Origin: Verrucomicrobiota bacterium
Lineage (GTDB): Bacteria; Verrucomicrobiota; Verrucomicrobiia; Limisphaerales; CANJXF01
Length of the DNA: 22,483 nt
Assembly: GCA_038214755.1 (NCBI GenBank)
Contig: JBBQRQ010000082.1
Location: 1 to 22,483, forward strand
Direction of reading: 5' to 3'
The translations under genes were made by a program, and so were the position numbers. Shown piece by piece: positions 8,897-16,599 of the stretch. Position 1 is the stretch's first letter, and each line of letters opens with the position of its first letter. The notes under the pieces were generated by a model, which was not told the origin of the DNA, ran no database searches, and saw nothing but the letters and a program-made list of their open reading frames with translations.

Positions 8897-9766
8897 ATGG
8901 AACAGAGCCGGACGATCACCCGCAAAAGCGCTTCCAATCTCGCGTTAGCTTTTGTGCTTTTGCCCAGGAAAAAACGCGACGCCATGTCCGCGCTTTACGC
9001 CTTTTGCCGCGAGGTGGACGACGTGGCGGATGATGAAACAATTCCGCTCGAAAAACGCCGCGCGCAACTTTCGCTCTGGCGCGAAGATATCCGCCGCGCC
9101 TGTGAAAACGGCCAGCCGAAATTCATCGTCAACCAGGAACTCCAACCGGTCATCGTCCAATACAAATTGCCTTTCACCGATTTCGACGAGTTGATTCGCG
9201 GAGTGGAAATGGACCTCGATATCAACCGCTACGAAACTTTTGGCGATTTGGAAAAATATTGTTATCGCGTGGCGTCGGTCGTCGGATTGTTGAGTATCGA
9301 AATTTTTGGGTACACCAACGAAGCCTCCCGCAACTACGCAATCCATCTCGGCCAGGCCCTCCAACTCACCAATATTTTGCGTGACGTAAAAGCGGACGCG
9401 GCGCGGGGGCGAATTTATCTGCCCACCGCTGAACTGGCGCGACACCATGTTTTGCCCGAAGAAATTCTCCGGAATGAATTCTCCAAAAATTATTGCGAAG
9501 TCGCCCGCGCCGTCGCCCAGCGCGCGCGCCATTTTTATCAACTCGCCCAGAAAACTCTTCCAGGCGCGGATCGCAAATCGCTGGTCGCCGCCGAGTTGAT
9601 GGGCGCGGTTTACTGGCGATTGCTCCAGAAACTTGAGCGGAAAAATTTTAACGTGTTCGGGCCGCACCCAACTCGGTTGAACAAAGCGCAAAAACTCTTT
9701 CTGATTTTTCAGACTTGGCTTCGCATGGGTTCCGGGCGGGCCGCTTCAAATTATGGCACTCCCTGA
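8897..9766 (+). CDS. hpnD: Presqualene diphosphate synthase (squalene/phytoene synthase family), probably HpnD
   Basis: Start ATG 8897 (MEQSRTI). Motifs LYAFCREVDDVADD, YCYRVASVVG, LGQALQLTNILRDV and GRIYLP. Adjacency to hpnK favours HpnD over CrtB. Confidence 0.8.
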   Translation: MEQSRTITRKSASNLALAFVLLPRKKRDAMSALYAFCREVDDVADDETIPLEKRRAQLSLWREDIRRACENGQPKFIVNQELQPVIVQYKLPFTDFDELIRGVEMDLDINRYETFGDLEKYCYRVASVVGLLSIEIFGYTNEASRNYAIHLGQALQLTNILRDVKADAARGRIYLPTAELARHHVLPEEILRNEFSKNYCEVARAVAQRARHFYQLAQKTLPGADRKSLVAAELMGAVYWRLLQKLERKNFNVFGPHPTRLNKAQKLFLIFQTWLRMGSGRAASNYGTP

Positions 9767-10586
9767 TCGCGTTCGTCGCTTGATCGTCAACGCGGACGAT
9801 TTCGGTCGCTCGCGTTCCATCAACGCAGCGGTCGTCCTCGCGCACCGCGATGGAATTTTGACGAGCGCCAGTTTGATGGTCAACGAAACGGCTTTGGATG
9901 ACGCCGTTTTTCTCGCGCGACAAAATCCGAAACTGGGGGTTGGACTTCATCTCTCGCTCGTCTGCGGACGCTCTCAACTTGCGCGGGATAAAATTCCCGG
10001 CCTGGTGAATTCGGAAAAACAATTTTTCGACAACGCCATCGTCGCCGGTTTTCGATTTTTCTTTTTGCCGCGATTGAAAACGCAGTTGCGCGATGAACTG
10101 GATGCGCAATTTCAAAGATTTCATTCGACCGGACTTGCGCTCGATCACGTCAACGGCCACCTCAACATTCATTTGCATCCAGTGGTGTTTGGAATTCTGA
10201 TGGAAAACCGCGAGCGCTGGGGAATTAGAAATTTGCGTTTAACTTCCGATCCATTCGCGTTGAATCTCAAACTGGCACGAGGAAATTTTTTCTACCGCGT
10301 CACTCATGCCTGGATTTACAAAACGCTTTCCAGTTGGGCGCGCCCGAAATTGCGGCGCGCCCACATCCGCCATACGCAAAATGTTTTTGGCCTGTTGCAG
10401 AACGGGCGCGTTGATGAGGAGTTCATCGCCAAATTACTCCGCCAACTTCCGCCGGGTGATTCGGAGCTTTACTCTCATCCGTCGCTTGATGATTTTAAAA
10501 ATGAGTTGGATGCGTTGACCAGTCCGCGAGTGAAAGAATTGGTAACAACCTACGGCATCGAACTCATCCGCTACCAGGATTTGTAA
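9753..10586 (+). CDS. hpnK: Hopanoid-associated deacetylase HpnK (YdjC/ChbG family)
   Basis: Motifs LIVNADDFG, GILTSASLMV, VGLHLSL, DHVNGHLNIHLHP and ELYSHP. Overlaps hpnD by 14 nt. Confidence 0.85.
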   Translation: MALPDRVRRLIVNADDFGRSRSINAAVVLAHRDGILTSASLMVNETALDDAVFLARQNPKLGVGLHLSLVCGRSQLARDKIPGLVNSEKQFFDNAIVAGFRFFFLPRLKTQLRDELDAQFQRFHSTGLALDHVNGHLNIHLHPVVFGILMENRERWGIRNLRLTSDPFALNLKLARGNFFYRVTHAWIYKTLSSWARPKLRRAHIRHTQNVFGLLQNGRVDEEFIAKLLRQLPPGDSELYSHPSLDDFKNELDALTSPRVKELVTTYGIELIRYQDL

Positions 10587-11015
10587 ATGGCGAAACTACT
10601 TTTGATTCTTCTCATCGGCTTGGTTTTCGAATCCGCCGGGGTTGTGCTTTTAAAAAAAGGCATGACGCAAATTGGCGAGGTCAGAGCGGTGAGCGTTTCC
10701 GAGATCGCGCGCATCATCAAAGCTGGCGCGACGAGTTGGCAAATTTTGCTCGGCGTTTTTTTTGAGGCGCTTTTTTTCATTTGCCTGCTGGTTTTGATGG
10801 CGAAGAGCGACATCAGTTTTCTTTGGCCCCTGACCAGTCTGAGTTTTGTTTTCTCCACTTTTGCGGCGATGTTTTTTCTGCACGAGCGGGTCTCGGTCAC
10901 ACGTTGGACGGGAGTGATCTTGATTATGATTGGAGCGGCGCTGATCAGTTACAGCGAGAAAGCAAAAGAAATTCCATCGCGCACGGAGGCAAGCATTCCT
11001 GCTACGGAGAAATAA
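10587..11015 (+). CDS. Four-TM EamA/DMT (SMR/ArnE-F-like) membrane protein
   Basis: Four hydrophobic helices and the pattern DISFLWPLTSLSFV...FLHERVSVTRWTGVILIMIG. Starts directly after the hpnK stop. Confidence 0.82.
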   Translation: MAKLLLILLIGLVFESAGVVLLKKGMTQIGEVRAVSVSEIARIIKAGATSWQILLGVFFEALFFICLLVLMAKSDISFLWPLTSLSFVFSTFAAMFFLHERVSVTRWTGVILIMIGAALISYSEKAKEIPSRTEASIPATEK

Positions 11016-11655
11016 TTTTCTCCAACACGTCCGCCAGTTGTTCCGCGGCGAACCGGCAGCGTTGCCGCAACCGCAACAGCGCGCCGATTTTGCGCGGCGA
11101 CTTCGCGATGGCCCAAGCCAGCTTGCCGTAATCCAAGCTTAAATCCGGTTTGGAAAGTTGGTTGAAATCGAGGGGCAAATCTTCTTCGGCGGTGTCCGAA
11201 ACCACGCGCACCGTCGCGCAGGGAATTCCTCGCTCGCGACAAACGGAATGGATCGCTGCCGATTCCATTTCGACAGCGTCGGCGCCCCTCTTTTGCCACA
11301 ACTGATTTTTCTCAGCTACGGTGATGGCGATTCGTGGAGCACAAAAAAAAATCGCTGGCCTCGCCTGGGCCGCGATCAATTGTTGGCGCAACGTTTCATC
11401 TTCCGTCGCGAAAATGACCGTGCCCCAATTTAAATCAGGATTCAGCCCGCCCGCGAAACCGCACGATAGAATAAGTTTCGGCGAATGGACGGCGAGAAAT
11501 TCACGAAGAGATTTTTCGGCGTTTTTTTTTCCGATGCCAGTGAAGAGAATGGTGGAGCCAGAGTTATTGGAGAGGATTTTTCGACTGGGCGCGGCTTCTT
11601 CTTTTAACGCGAAACAAAGCAGAGTGACGCCTTCTGATTTCTGAGCTGGCCTCAT
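11002..11655 (-). CDS. Nucleoside phosphorylase/MTA-SAH nucleosidase family protein, HpnG-like
   Basis: Likely start ATG 11655 (ATGA overlap with the upstream stop). Motifs FALKEE, TGIG, SCGFAGGL, AVEMES and VRVVSD..EDLP. The LP-containing C-terminal extension resembles HpnG. Confidence 0.8.
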   Translation of the reverse strand: MRPAQKSEGVTLLCFALKEEAAPSRKILSNNSGSTILFTGIGKKNAEKSLREFLAVHSPKLILSCGFAGGLNPDLNWGTVIFATEDETLRQQLIAAQARPAIFFCAPRIAITVAEKNQLWQKRGADAVEMESAAIHSVCRERGIPCATVRVVSDTAEEDLPLDFNQLSKPDLSLDYGKLAWAIAKSPRKIGALLRLRQRCRFAAEQLADVLEKIISP

Positions 11656-12368
11656 TTGATTCCCGAGAGCCGCTCTTTCCAGATTTGATAAAGCGCGACG
11701 GTGGCATGGACATCGCGCAAACAATACTCCGCGATCTCGCGAAAACGTTTTTCCGCAATCATCTTGCCCATGTCCATGCCGGTGACTCCGTGACTTTTGG
11801 GCGAGGGGATGCCGAACGACTTGCAATAAAAATCCAAATTAAATTTTCGCGCGGCTCCTTCGCGACCGCTCACGCCGTAAAAACTCAATTGCTCGGCCAG
11901 ATCGCAGTGCGGCTCGATTTGATAGCGGTAACCCAGCCAACTTTTTCTCGTGATCGGAACATTGAGCAACGCCGACCGCAGATAAATAAATGGCACATCA
12001 AAACCCCGTCCGTTGAACGTGACGATCGAATCGTAATGCCGCGCCACGTCCCAAAATGCGGTGAGCAACGCCGCTTCATCAGCGCACGGAATAAATTGGA
12101 CCGGCTGCGGCTCGGCCGATTCCGGCTCAAAATCCTCGGCGATAAAAAGGACCTGCCCTCGCGCGGTGTCGGCGTTGAGCATCGCAATGCAAACCACCTG
12201 CGCGGTGAACGGCCATAAATTAAACTGCCGCTGAATTTCTGCGCGGCGATTGGAGCGTTCGGTTTCGGGCAATCTTTCCGCGTCGCGAAAAAGGTACTCG
12301 TGCTGGACGTCGTCAAAATTTTCCAGAGGCAGGCAACAGGTCTCAATATCGAAAACAAGTTTAGGCAT
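11652..12368 (-). CDS. DEDDy 3'-5' exonuclease, PolB-exonuclease-related (RNase H-like fold)
   Basis: ExoI VFDIET, ExoII TFNGRGFDVPFI, HCDL and ExoIII YCLRDV. Confidence 0.88.
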   Translation of the reverse strand: MPKLVFDIETCCLPLENFDDVQHEYLFRDAERLPETERSNRRAEIQRQFNLWPFTAQVVCIAMLNADTARGQVLFIAEDFEPESAEPQPVQFIPCADEAALLTAFWDVARHYDSIVTFNGRGFDVPFIYLRSALLNVPITRKSWLGYRYQIEPHCDLAEQLSFYGVSGREGAARKFNLDFYCKSFGIPSPKSHGVTGMDMGKMIAEKRFREIAEYCLRDVHATVALYQIWKERLSGIK

Positions 12369-12380
12369 TGGTGAAAGACG

Positions 12381-12430
12381 AAGCTGGGAGCTTCCGCAAT
12401 CCCGCGCGCGGGACTGGAAGCCTGCGCTAC
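12381..12430 (-). repeat. Single GTAG-type REP
   Basis: Minus strand reads GTAGCGCAGGCTTCCAGTCCCGCGCGCGGGATTGCGGAAGC. It contains a perfect 14-bp palindrome at 12400-12413 and is related to the arms of the 4946-5057 element. Confidence 0.65.
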
Positions 12431-12449
12431 GTGGTAATTTCTAGAGTTA

Positions 12450-12494
12450 AAATTGAACAGGATGGAAAACCTGCTCTGACAGATTTCCATCCTG
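12450..12494 (-). terminator. Probable intrinsic terminator of the micro-ORF
   Basis: 11-bp stem CAGGATGGAAA (12458-12468) / TTTCCATCCTG (12484-12494) followed on the minus strand by TTCAATTTT. It lies 17 nt after the micro-ORF stop. Confidence 0.65.
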
Positions 12495-12511
12495 AAATGT
12501 TTTAGAGGTGA

Positions 12512-12577
12512 TTACTTTTTCTTTCCGCCTTTTTTGGCGGCTGATTTTTTTGCAGCAGGTTTCTTCTTAGTGGCCAT
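12512..12577 (-). CDS. 21-aa Lys/Ala-rich basic micropeptide MATKKKPAAKKSAAKKGGKKK
   Basis: Translated by hand; it is below the size of anything in the ORF track. Has SD GGGGGTGA 5 nt before ATG, a TAA stop, an AT-rich upstream region and a downstream terminator hairpin. Confidence 0.7.
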   Translation of the reverse strand: MATKKKPAAKKSAAKKGGKKK

Positions 12578-12712
12578 GCAATTCACCCCCAATCAATTTG
12601 AAATGGTTTCGTGGTTCACAACACTTTTTGTAACGAGAATTTTTTTCAATGACTAGTGTTTTGTTAAAAAAGTTTTCAGTGACCGCGAAGATTTTTTGCG
12701 CGCGAAAACTTT

Positions 12713-13936
12713 TTACGCGCCGAATTTGTCGAACATTTTCGCGTTGGCCTGCATCAATCGCATCAAAAATTTCGCTTCGAACACGCCAAGCGACCCGAGG
12801 TTCGCTCCCGTCTCGGTGAAGCGTTCCAATTTGTCCGAGCCGGAATATGCAGAATGCAAGAGCACCGGCTGCGGATGCCACGAGTGTCCCTTCACCGCGC
12901 ACGGCGTCGAGTGATCTCCGGTGATGGCGAGCACGTCCGGTTTTTTCTTCAGCAAAATTGGCAGAGCGGAATCAAAATCTTCAATCGCTTTTTTCTTCGC
13001 GTCAAAGTTTCCATCTTCGCCGTGCATGTCGGTGTATTTGTAGTGGATGAAAAAATAATCGTAGTGGTCGAACTCGGCGACGTAGCGGGAGAATTGTTCG
13101 GCAATCGATTGCGGCCCTTCGATTTTTTCCATGCCGACCAGTTGCGCCAGGCCTTTGTACATCGGATAAACGGCCAGACATGCCGCGCGAAGCTGATAAC
13201 GTTCCTGAAAAGTGGGAATCGCCGGCTGATGCGCGATGCCGCGCAGCAAAAACCCGTTCGCCGGTTTTTTCTTTGCGAGCAACGGCAAGGCAACCCTGTA
13301 GAATTCCGCAACCAACGCCGCCGCCTTTTTTTGTTTCGCAGAATTTTCGTCCGTTGGATGCAGTGTGGGAATCGGCGCGCCCTCGCGATTCGGATCGGCG
13401 TCGGTCAACGGGCCTTCCAAACCTTCGCCGCGAAAAATCACCACGAAGCGATGACCTTTTCCGGCTTTGATAATTATTTCCGCATCGCCAATTTTTTTTA
13501 TTTTTTTGGAGAGAGTTGCGCAAAGTTCTTCGCAAACGTTCGTCTCGATTCTTCCCGCGCGACGGTCCGTGACGATCCCGTTCGCATCGAGCGTGCAAAA
13601 ATTCGCGCGCGCCGCCACGTCGCCCGCCCTCAACTCCAGACCCAGCCCGAGCGCCTCGATCACGCCGCGCCCAACCTGAAATTCAATCGGGTCGTAGCCA
13701 AACAAAGCGAGATGCCCCGGACCGCTCCCCGGCGTGATTCCTGGCGCGACTGGAATCATTCTGCCTTGGGCTGAATCTTTCGAAATCGAATCCAGATTCG
13801 GCGTCGTCGCCGCTTCGAGCGGCGTCATGTAATTAGTTTCTCTGGTAGCGATATCGCCCACGCCGTCGAGGACGATCAGCGCGAGTTTGGCATTTGTTTT
13901 GACCAACAGTTTTGAGTAGAGCGAATCAAGATTCAT
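12713..13936 (-). CDS. apgM: 2,3-bisphosphoglycerate-independent phosphoglycerate mutase, ApgM (archaeal-like) type
   Basis: Motifs IVLDGVGD, TPLEAATTPNLD, PGSGPGHLALFGYDP, GRGVIEALG, DRRAGRI, TDMHGEDG and TGDHSTP..HSWHPQP. Confidence 0.92.
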   Translation of the reverse strand: MNLDSLYSKLLVKTNAKLALIVLDGVGDIATRETNYMTPLEAATTPNLDSISKDSAQGRMIPVAPGITPGSGPGHLALFGYDPIEFQVGRGVIEALGLGLELRAGDVAARANFCTLDANGIVTDRRAGRIETNVCEELCATLSKKIKKIGDAEIIIKAGKGHRFVVIFRGEGLEGPLTDADPNREGAPIPTLHPTDENSAKQKKAAALVAEFYRVALPLLAKKKPANGFLLRGIAHQPAIPTFQERYQLRAACLAVYPMYKGLAQLVGMEKIEGPQSIAEQFSRYVAEFDHYDYFFIHYKYTDMHGEDGNFDAKKKAIEDFDSALPILLKKKPDVLAITGDHSTPCAVKGHSWHPQPVLLHSAYSGSDKLERFTETGANLGSLGVFEAKFLMRLMQANAKMFDKFGA

Positions 13937-13961
13937 AAATTTTTTATTTGCCGGCGGCGCG

Positions 13962-13991
13962 ATAATGCGAACAAGCCATTTGGAGCGTCAA
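13962..13991 (-). promoter_or_regulatory. Possible sigma70-type promoter for apgM
   Basis: Minus strand TTGACG-N18-CATTAT, 25 nt upstream of the ATG. Confidence 0.4.
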
Positions 13992-14048
13992 CGCGATACT
14001 GGGCTTTGTCACTCGACAATGCGCGGATGAAATTTAAAAATCGCCGCG

Positions 14049-14774
14049 ATGTCCGCCGTGATTCTGGAGAAGCTCAGCAAAAGTTTTTACCCAAAAAAAA
14101 TGGCGGACGTTCGCGCTCTTCACGAACTCAGCCTGAAAATTGAATCCAGCGAACTTCTCGCGCTCGTTGGGCCTTCGGGCTGTGGCAAGACGACCATGCT
14201 GCGCTTAATCGCCGGTTTGGAAGAACCGACCAGCGGCTCAATTCTTCTCGACGGAAAACTGGCGAACAAAATTCCGGCTAAAGATCGCGGCGTCGCCCTG
14301 GTTTTCCAACAGCCAGCGCTTTTTCCGCACCTGAATGTTTTTGAAAATCTCGCGTTCGGTTTGATGCTCCGAAAATTTCCGAAACCCGAAATCGAAACAC
14401 GCGTGCGCGAAGCTGCGGAAATTCTGGGTTTGTCCGAAAAATTATCGCGCCGCCCCAACGAACTTTCCGGCGGCGAAGCGCAACGCGTCGCGTTGGGCCG
14501 CGCGATGGTGCGGCGGCCAAAAATATTTCTGTTGGACGAGCCGCTTTCCAGTGTCGATGCGCCGACGCGCAAACAACTTCGCCAGGAAATTCTGCGCCTC
14601 CAAAAACTGCTGGGCGTGCCGATGATTTATGTGACGCACGACCAACGCGAGGCCTTGGCGATGGGCGAACGCGTCGCTGTTCTCGATCACGGCGAACTTC
14701 AACAAATCGGGACGCCGTCGGAAATTCGCGAGAAACCTGCGAACCAACTCGTCGCGGAATTTTTCGAGACATAA
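14049..14774 (+). CDS. ABC transporter ATP-binding protein (MalK/PotA-like), short form
   Basis: Walker A GPSGCGKT, Q-loop VFQ, signature LSGGE, Walker B LLDEP and H-loop YVTHDQ. No C-terminal TOBE domain. Confidence 0.9.
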   Translation: MSAVILEKLSKSFYPKKMADVRALHELSLKIESSELLALVGPSGCGKTTMLRLIAGLEEPTSGSILLDGKLANKIPAKDRGVALVFQQPALFPHLNVFENLAFGLMLRKFPKPEIETRVREAAEILGLSEKLSRRPNELSGGEAQRVALGRAMVRRPKIFLLDEPLSSVDAPTRKQLRQEILRLQKLLGVPMIYVTHDQREALAMGERVAVLDHGELQQIGTPSEIREKPANQLVAEFFET

Positions 14775-14775
14775 T

Positions 14776-14858
14776 GCAGCCGCCGACGTGAGGAGGCGGA
14801 TTGAGGTTCTGAAAGTTGCCGGCCGGAAGAAATCGATCCGCCTCACGTCGGCGGCTAC
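14776..14858. repeat. REP doublet of the GTAGCCGCCGACGTGAGGAGGCGGA family (copy 1)
   Basis: Arms are GCAGCCGCCGACGTGAGGAGGCGGAT and ATCCGCCTCACGTCGGCGGCTAC (3-nt deletion in the right arm). Nearly identical arms occur at 22337-22398. Confidence 0.85.
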
Positions 14859-14919
14859 GATCATGGTTTCAAAAACTTTTCTTGGTCGCTTCGTCGCGCG
14901 ATGGTTAATTCCAAATCGA

Positions 14920-16035
14920 ATGAGTTCTCTTTCGCTCCACGAATTTCACAGCGGCTTGAACGCGCAATTTTCAGAAATCAACGGCGCGGAAGTGGTGGCG
15001 CATTACGGCGATTGGCTCGCGGAACATGCCGCTCTAAAAAATTCTGCCGTCGTGCTCGATCTCAGTTTTCGCGGGCGGCTTTGCCTGCTCGGCGCGGACC
15101 GAAAAACTTTTCTCAACGGGCAAGTCACCAACAACGTCAGGGATTTGAAAACCGGCGAAGGTTGTTACGCCGCGCTCATCACGGCCAAAGGCAAAATGCA
15201 AAGTGACCTGAATATTTTCTGCCTCGAAAATGAATTGCTTCTGGATTTTGAACCTGGCTATTCGCAAGCCATCGCGGCGCGTCTGGAAAAATTTATCATC
15301 GCGGACGATGTGCAAATTGCCGATGTCACTCCGCATTACGGATTGCTCAGTGTGCAAGGACCAAAATCTGCCGAGGTCGTGAGGAGTTTGGAACTCGGCC
15401 AGAATACCGACGACATTCTCTCGCTGGAACCTGCGGGCAAACCGTTGCGTTTTTGCTCGGTGAAAGATGAGACGCTCGGCGAAATTTATCTGATGAACCA
15501 GCCGCGCATCGGAACGGTGGGTTTCGATTTATTTGTCCCGACAAATTCGCTGGCGGCCGTCGCGGATAAATTAATTGCCTCCGCCAAAAAATTCGACGGA
15601 CGCGCGTGTGGCTGGCAGGCGCTGGAAACGGCGCGCATCGAAGCAGGCATCCCTCGCTTCGGCGCGGACCTGGACGAAACGAATCTCCCGCCCGAAGCGG
15701 GTTTGGATTCTCGCGCGATCAGTTACACAAAAGGTTGCTACATCGGCCAGGAAGTCATCGCGCGCATTCGCACTTACGGGCAAGTCGCAAAGAGGTTGTG
15801 CGGTCTGCGACTCGCCGACGATTTGAAAACGTTGCCGATGAAAGGCGATAAACTTTTCATTGGCGAAAAAGAAATCGGCTACATCACGAGTGCCATCGCA
15901 TCGCCGACCCGGAAAAAAAATCTCGCGCTGGGTTACGTCCGTCGTGAAGCCAACAAAGTCGGAACAGAATTAACGTTGCGAACCCAAGAAGAAAATAGTC
16001 TGGCGCAAATCCTGGAGCTACCATTCACGGGGTAG
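14920..16035 (+). CDS. ygfZ: Folate-binding Fe-S repair protein YgfZ (GcvT-like aminomethyltransferase fold)
   Basis: Signature SYTKGCYIGQE, plus FLNGQVTN and RIEAGIP. Start placed at ATG 14920 because the longer ORF runs through a REP. Confidence 0.88.
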   Translation: MSSLSLHEFHSGLNAQFSEINGAEVVAHYGDWLAEHAALKNSAVVLDLSFRGRLCLLGADRKTFLNGQVTNNVRDLKTGEGCYAALITAKGKMQSDLNIFCLENELLLDFEPGYSQAIAARLEKFIIADDVQIADVTPHYGLLSVQGPKSAEVVRSLELGQNTDDILSLEPAGKPLRFCSVKDETLGEIYLMNQPRIGTVGFDLFVPTNSLAAVADKLIASAKKFDGRACGWQALETARIEAGIPRFGADLDETNLPPEAGLDSRAISYTKGCYIGQEVIARIRTYGQVAKRLCGLRLADDLKTLPMKGDKLFIGEKEIGYITSAIASPTRKKNLALGYVRREANKVGTELTLRTQEENSLAQILELPFTG

Positions 16036-16122
16036 CACCGAAAATCCTGAGCAACCTGTTGCGGCTCGTTTTCCACCATCCGCGCAGCGGATTTTTGCAC
16101 CCGCTGTTTTGGACTGGGCAAT

Positions 16123-16150
16123 AAAAACGGCGCTCATGGAGCGCCGTTTT
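16123..16150. terminator. Bidirectional intrinsic terminator between ygfZ and iscU
   Basis: AAAAACGGCGCTC-atg-GAGCGCCGTTTT: a GC stem flanked by A and T tracts, between convergent genes. Confidence 0.85.
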
Positions 16151-16170
16151 ATTGGTAAATGGAAAATCTT

Positions 16171-16599
16171 TTACGCCGCGATAGCTTCTGCTTTTTCGTT
16201 TTTGGATGCAGCTTCAGGATGTTTCTTCAAATAATCTTCGAGCGCGGCTTTGAGCGCTTCTTCCGCCAGAACCGAGCAGTGAATTTTCACCGGCGGCAAA
16301 CCGCCGAGCGCATCGACCACTTCTTGATTCGAGAAATTCATGGCTTCATCAATCGTGCGGCCCTTGATCAATTCTGTCGCCATGCTGGAGCTGGCGATGG
16401 CCGAACCGCAGCCGAAAGTTTTAAAACGCGCATCTTCGATTTTGCCGTCTTTGATTCTCAAGCTGATCTTCATGATGTCGCCGCAAGCCGCCGCGCCGAC
16501 TTCTCCCACACCATCGGCATCTTTCAAGTCGCCCATGTTCCGTGGGTTCATGAAATGTTCCATGACCGTTTCGTTATATAATGTGTACGTGTCGCTCAT
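16171..16599 (-). CDS. iscU: Fe-S cluster assembly scaffold, IscU/NifU-N type
   Basis: HFMNPRN and three conserved Cys in ACGD, FGCGSAIASSS and LPPVKIHCS. SD AAAGGA upstream. Confidence 0.93.
   Translation of the reverse strand: MSDTYTLYNETVMEHFMNPRNMGDLKDADGVGEVGAAACGDIMKISLRIKDGKIEDARFKTFGCGSAIASSSMATELIKGRTIDEAMNFSNQEVVDALGGLPPVKIHCSVLAEEALKAALEDYLKKHPEAASKNEKAEAIAA

Noticed and set aside
8897..9766. Carotenoid phytoene synthase CrtB
   Set aside because: No desaturase or cyclase genes are nearby and the neighbours are hpnK and an hpnG-like gene. Not fully excluded without a phylogeny.
11652..12368. Exonuclease as a prophage or defence gene
   Set aside because: Housekeeping-like context, with no phage, integrase or defence partners adjacent.
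12512..12577. Micropeptide as a RiPP precursor or attenuator leader
   Set aside because: There is no leader/core structure or modifying enzyme. The downstream gene is an exonuclease rather than a lysine biosynthesis gene, and no antiterminator was evident.
14788..14919. Long N-terminal extensions in the ORF track (ygfZ from 14788; also TrmH from 17555, hpnD from 8783, hpnG-like from 11826)
   Set aside because: They run through REP elements or neighbouring genes. Downstream ATGs fit family lengths and gene coupling better.
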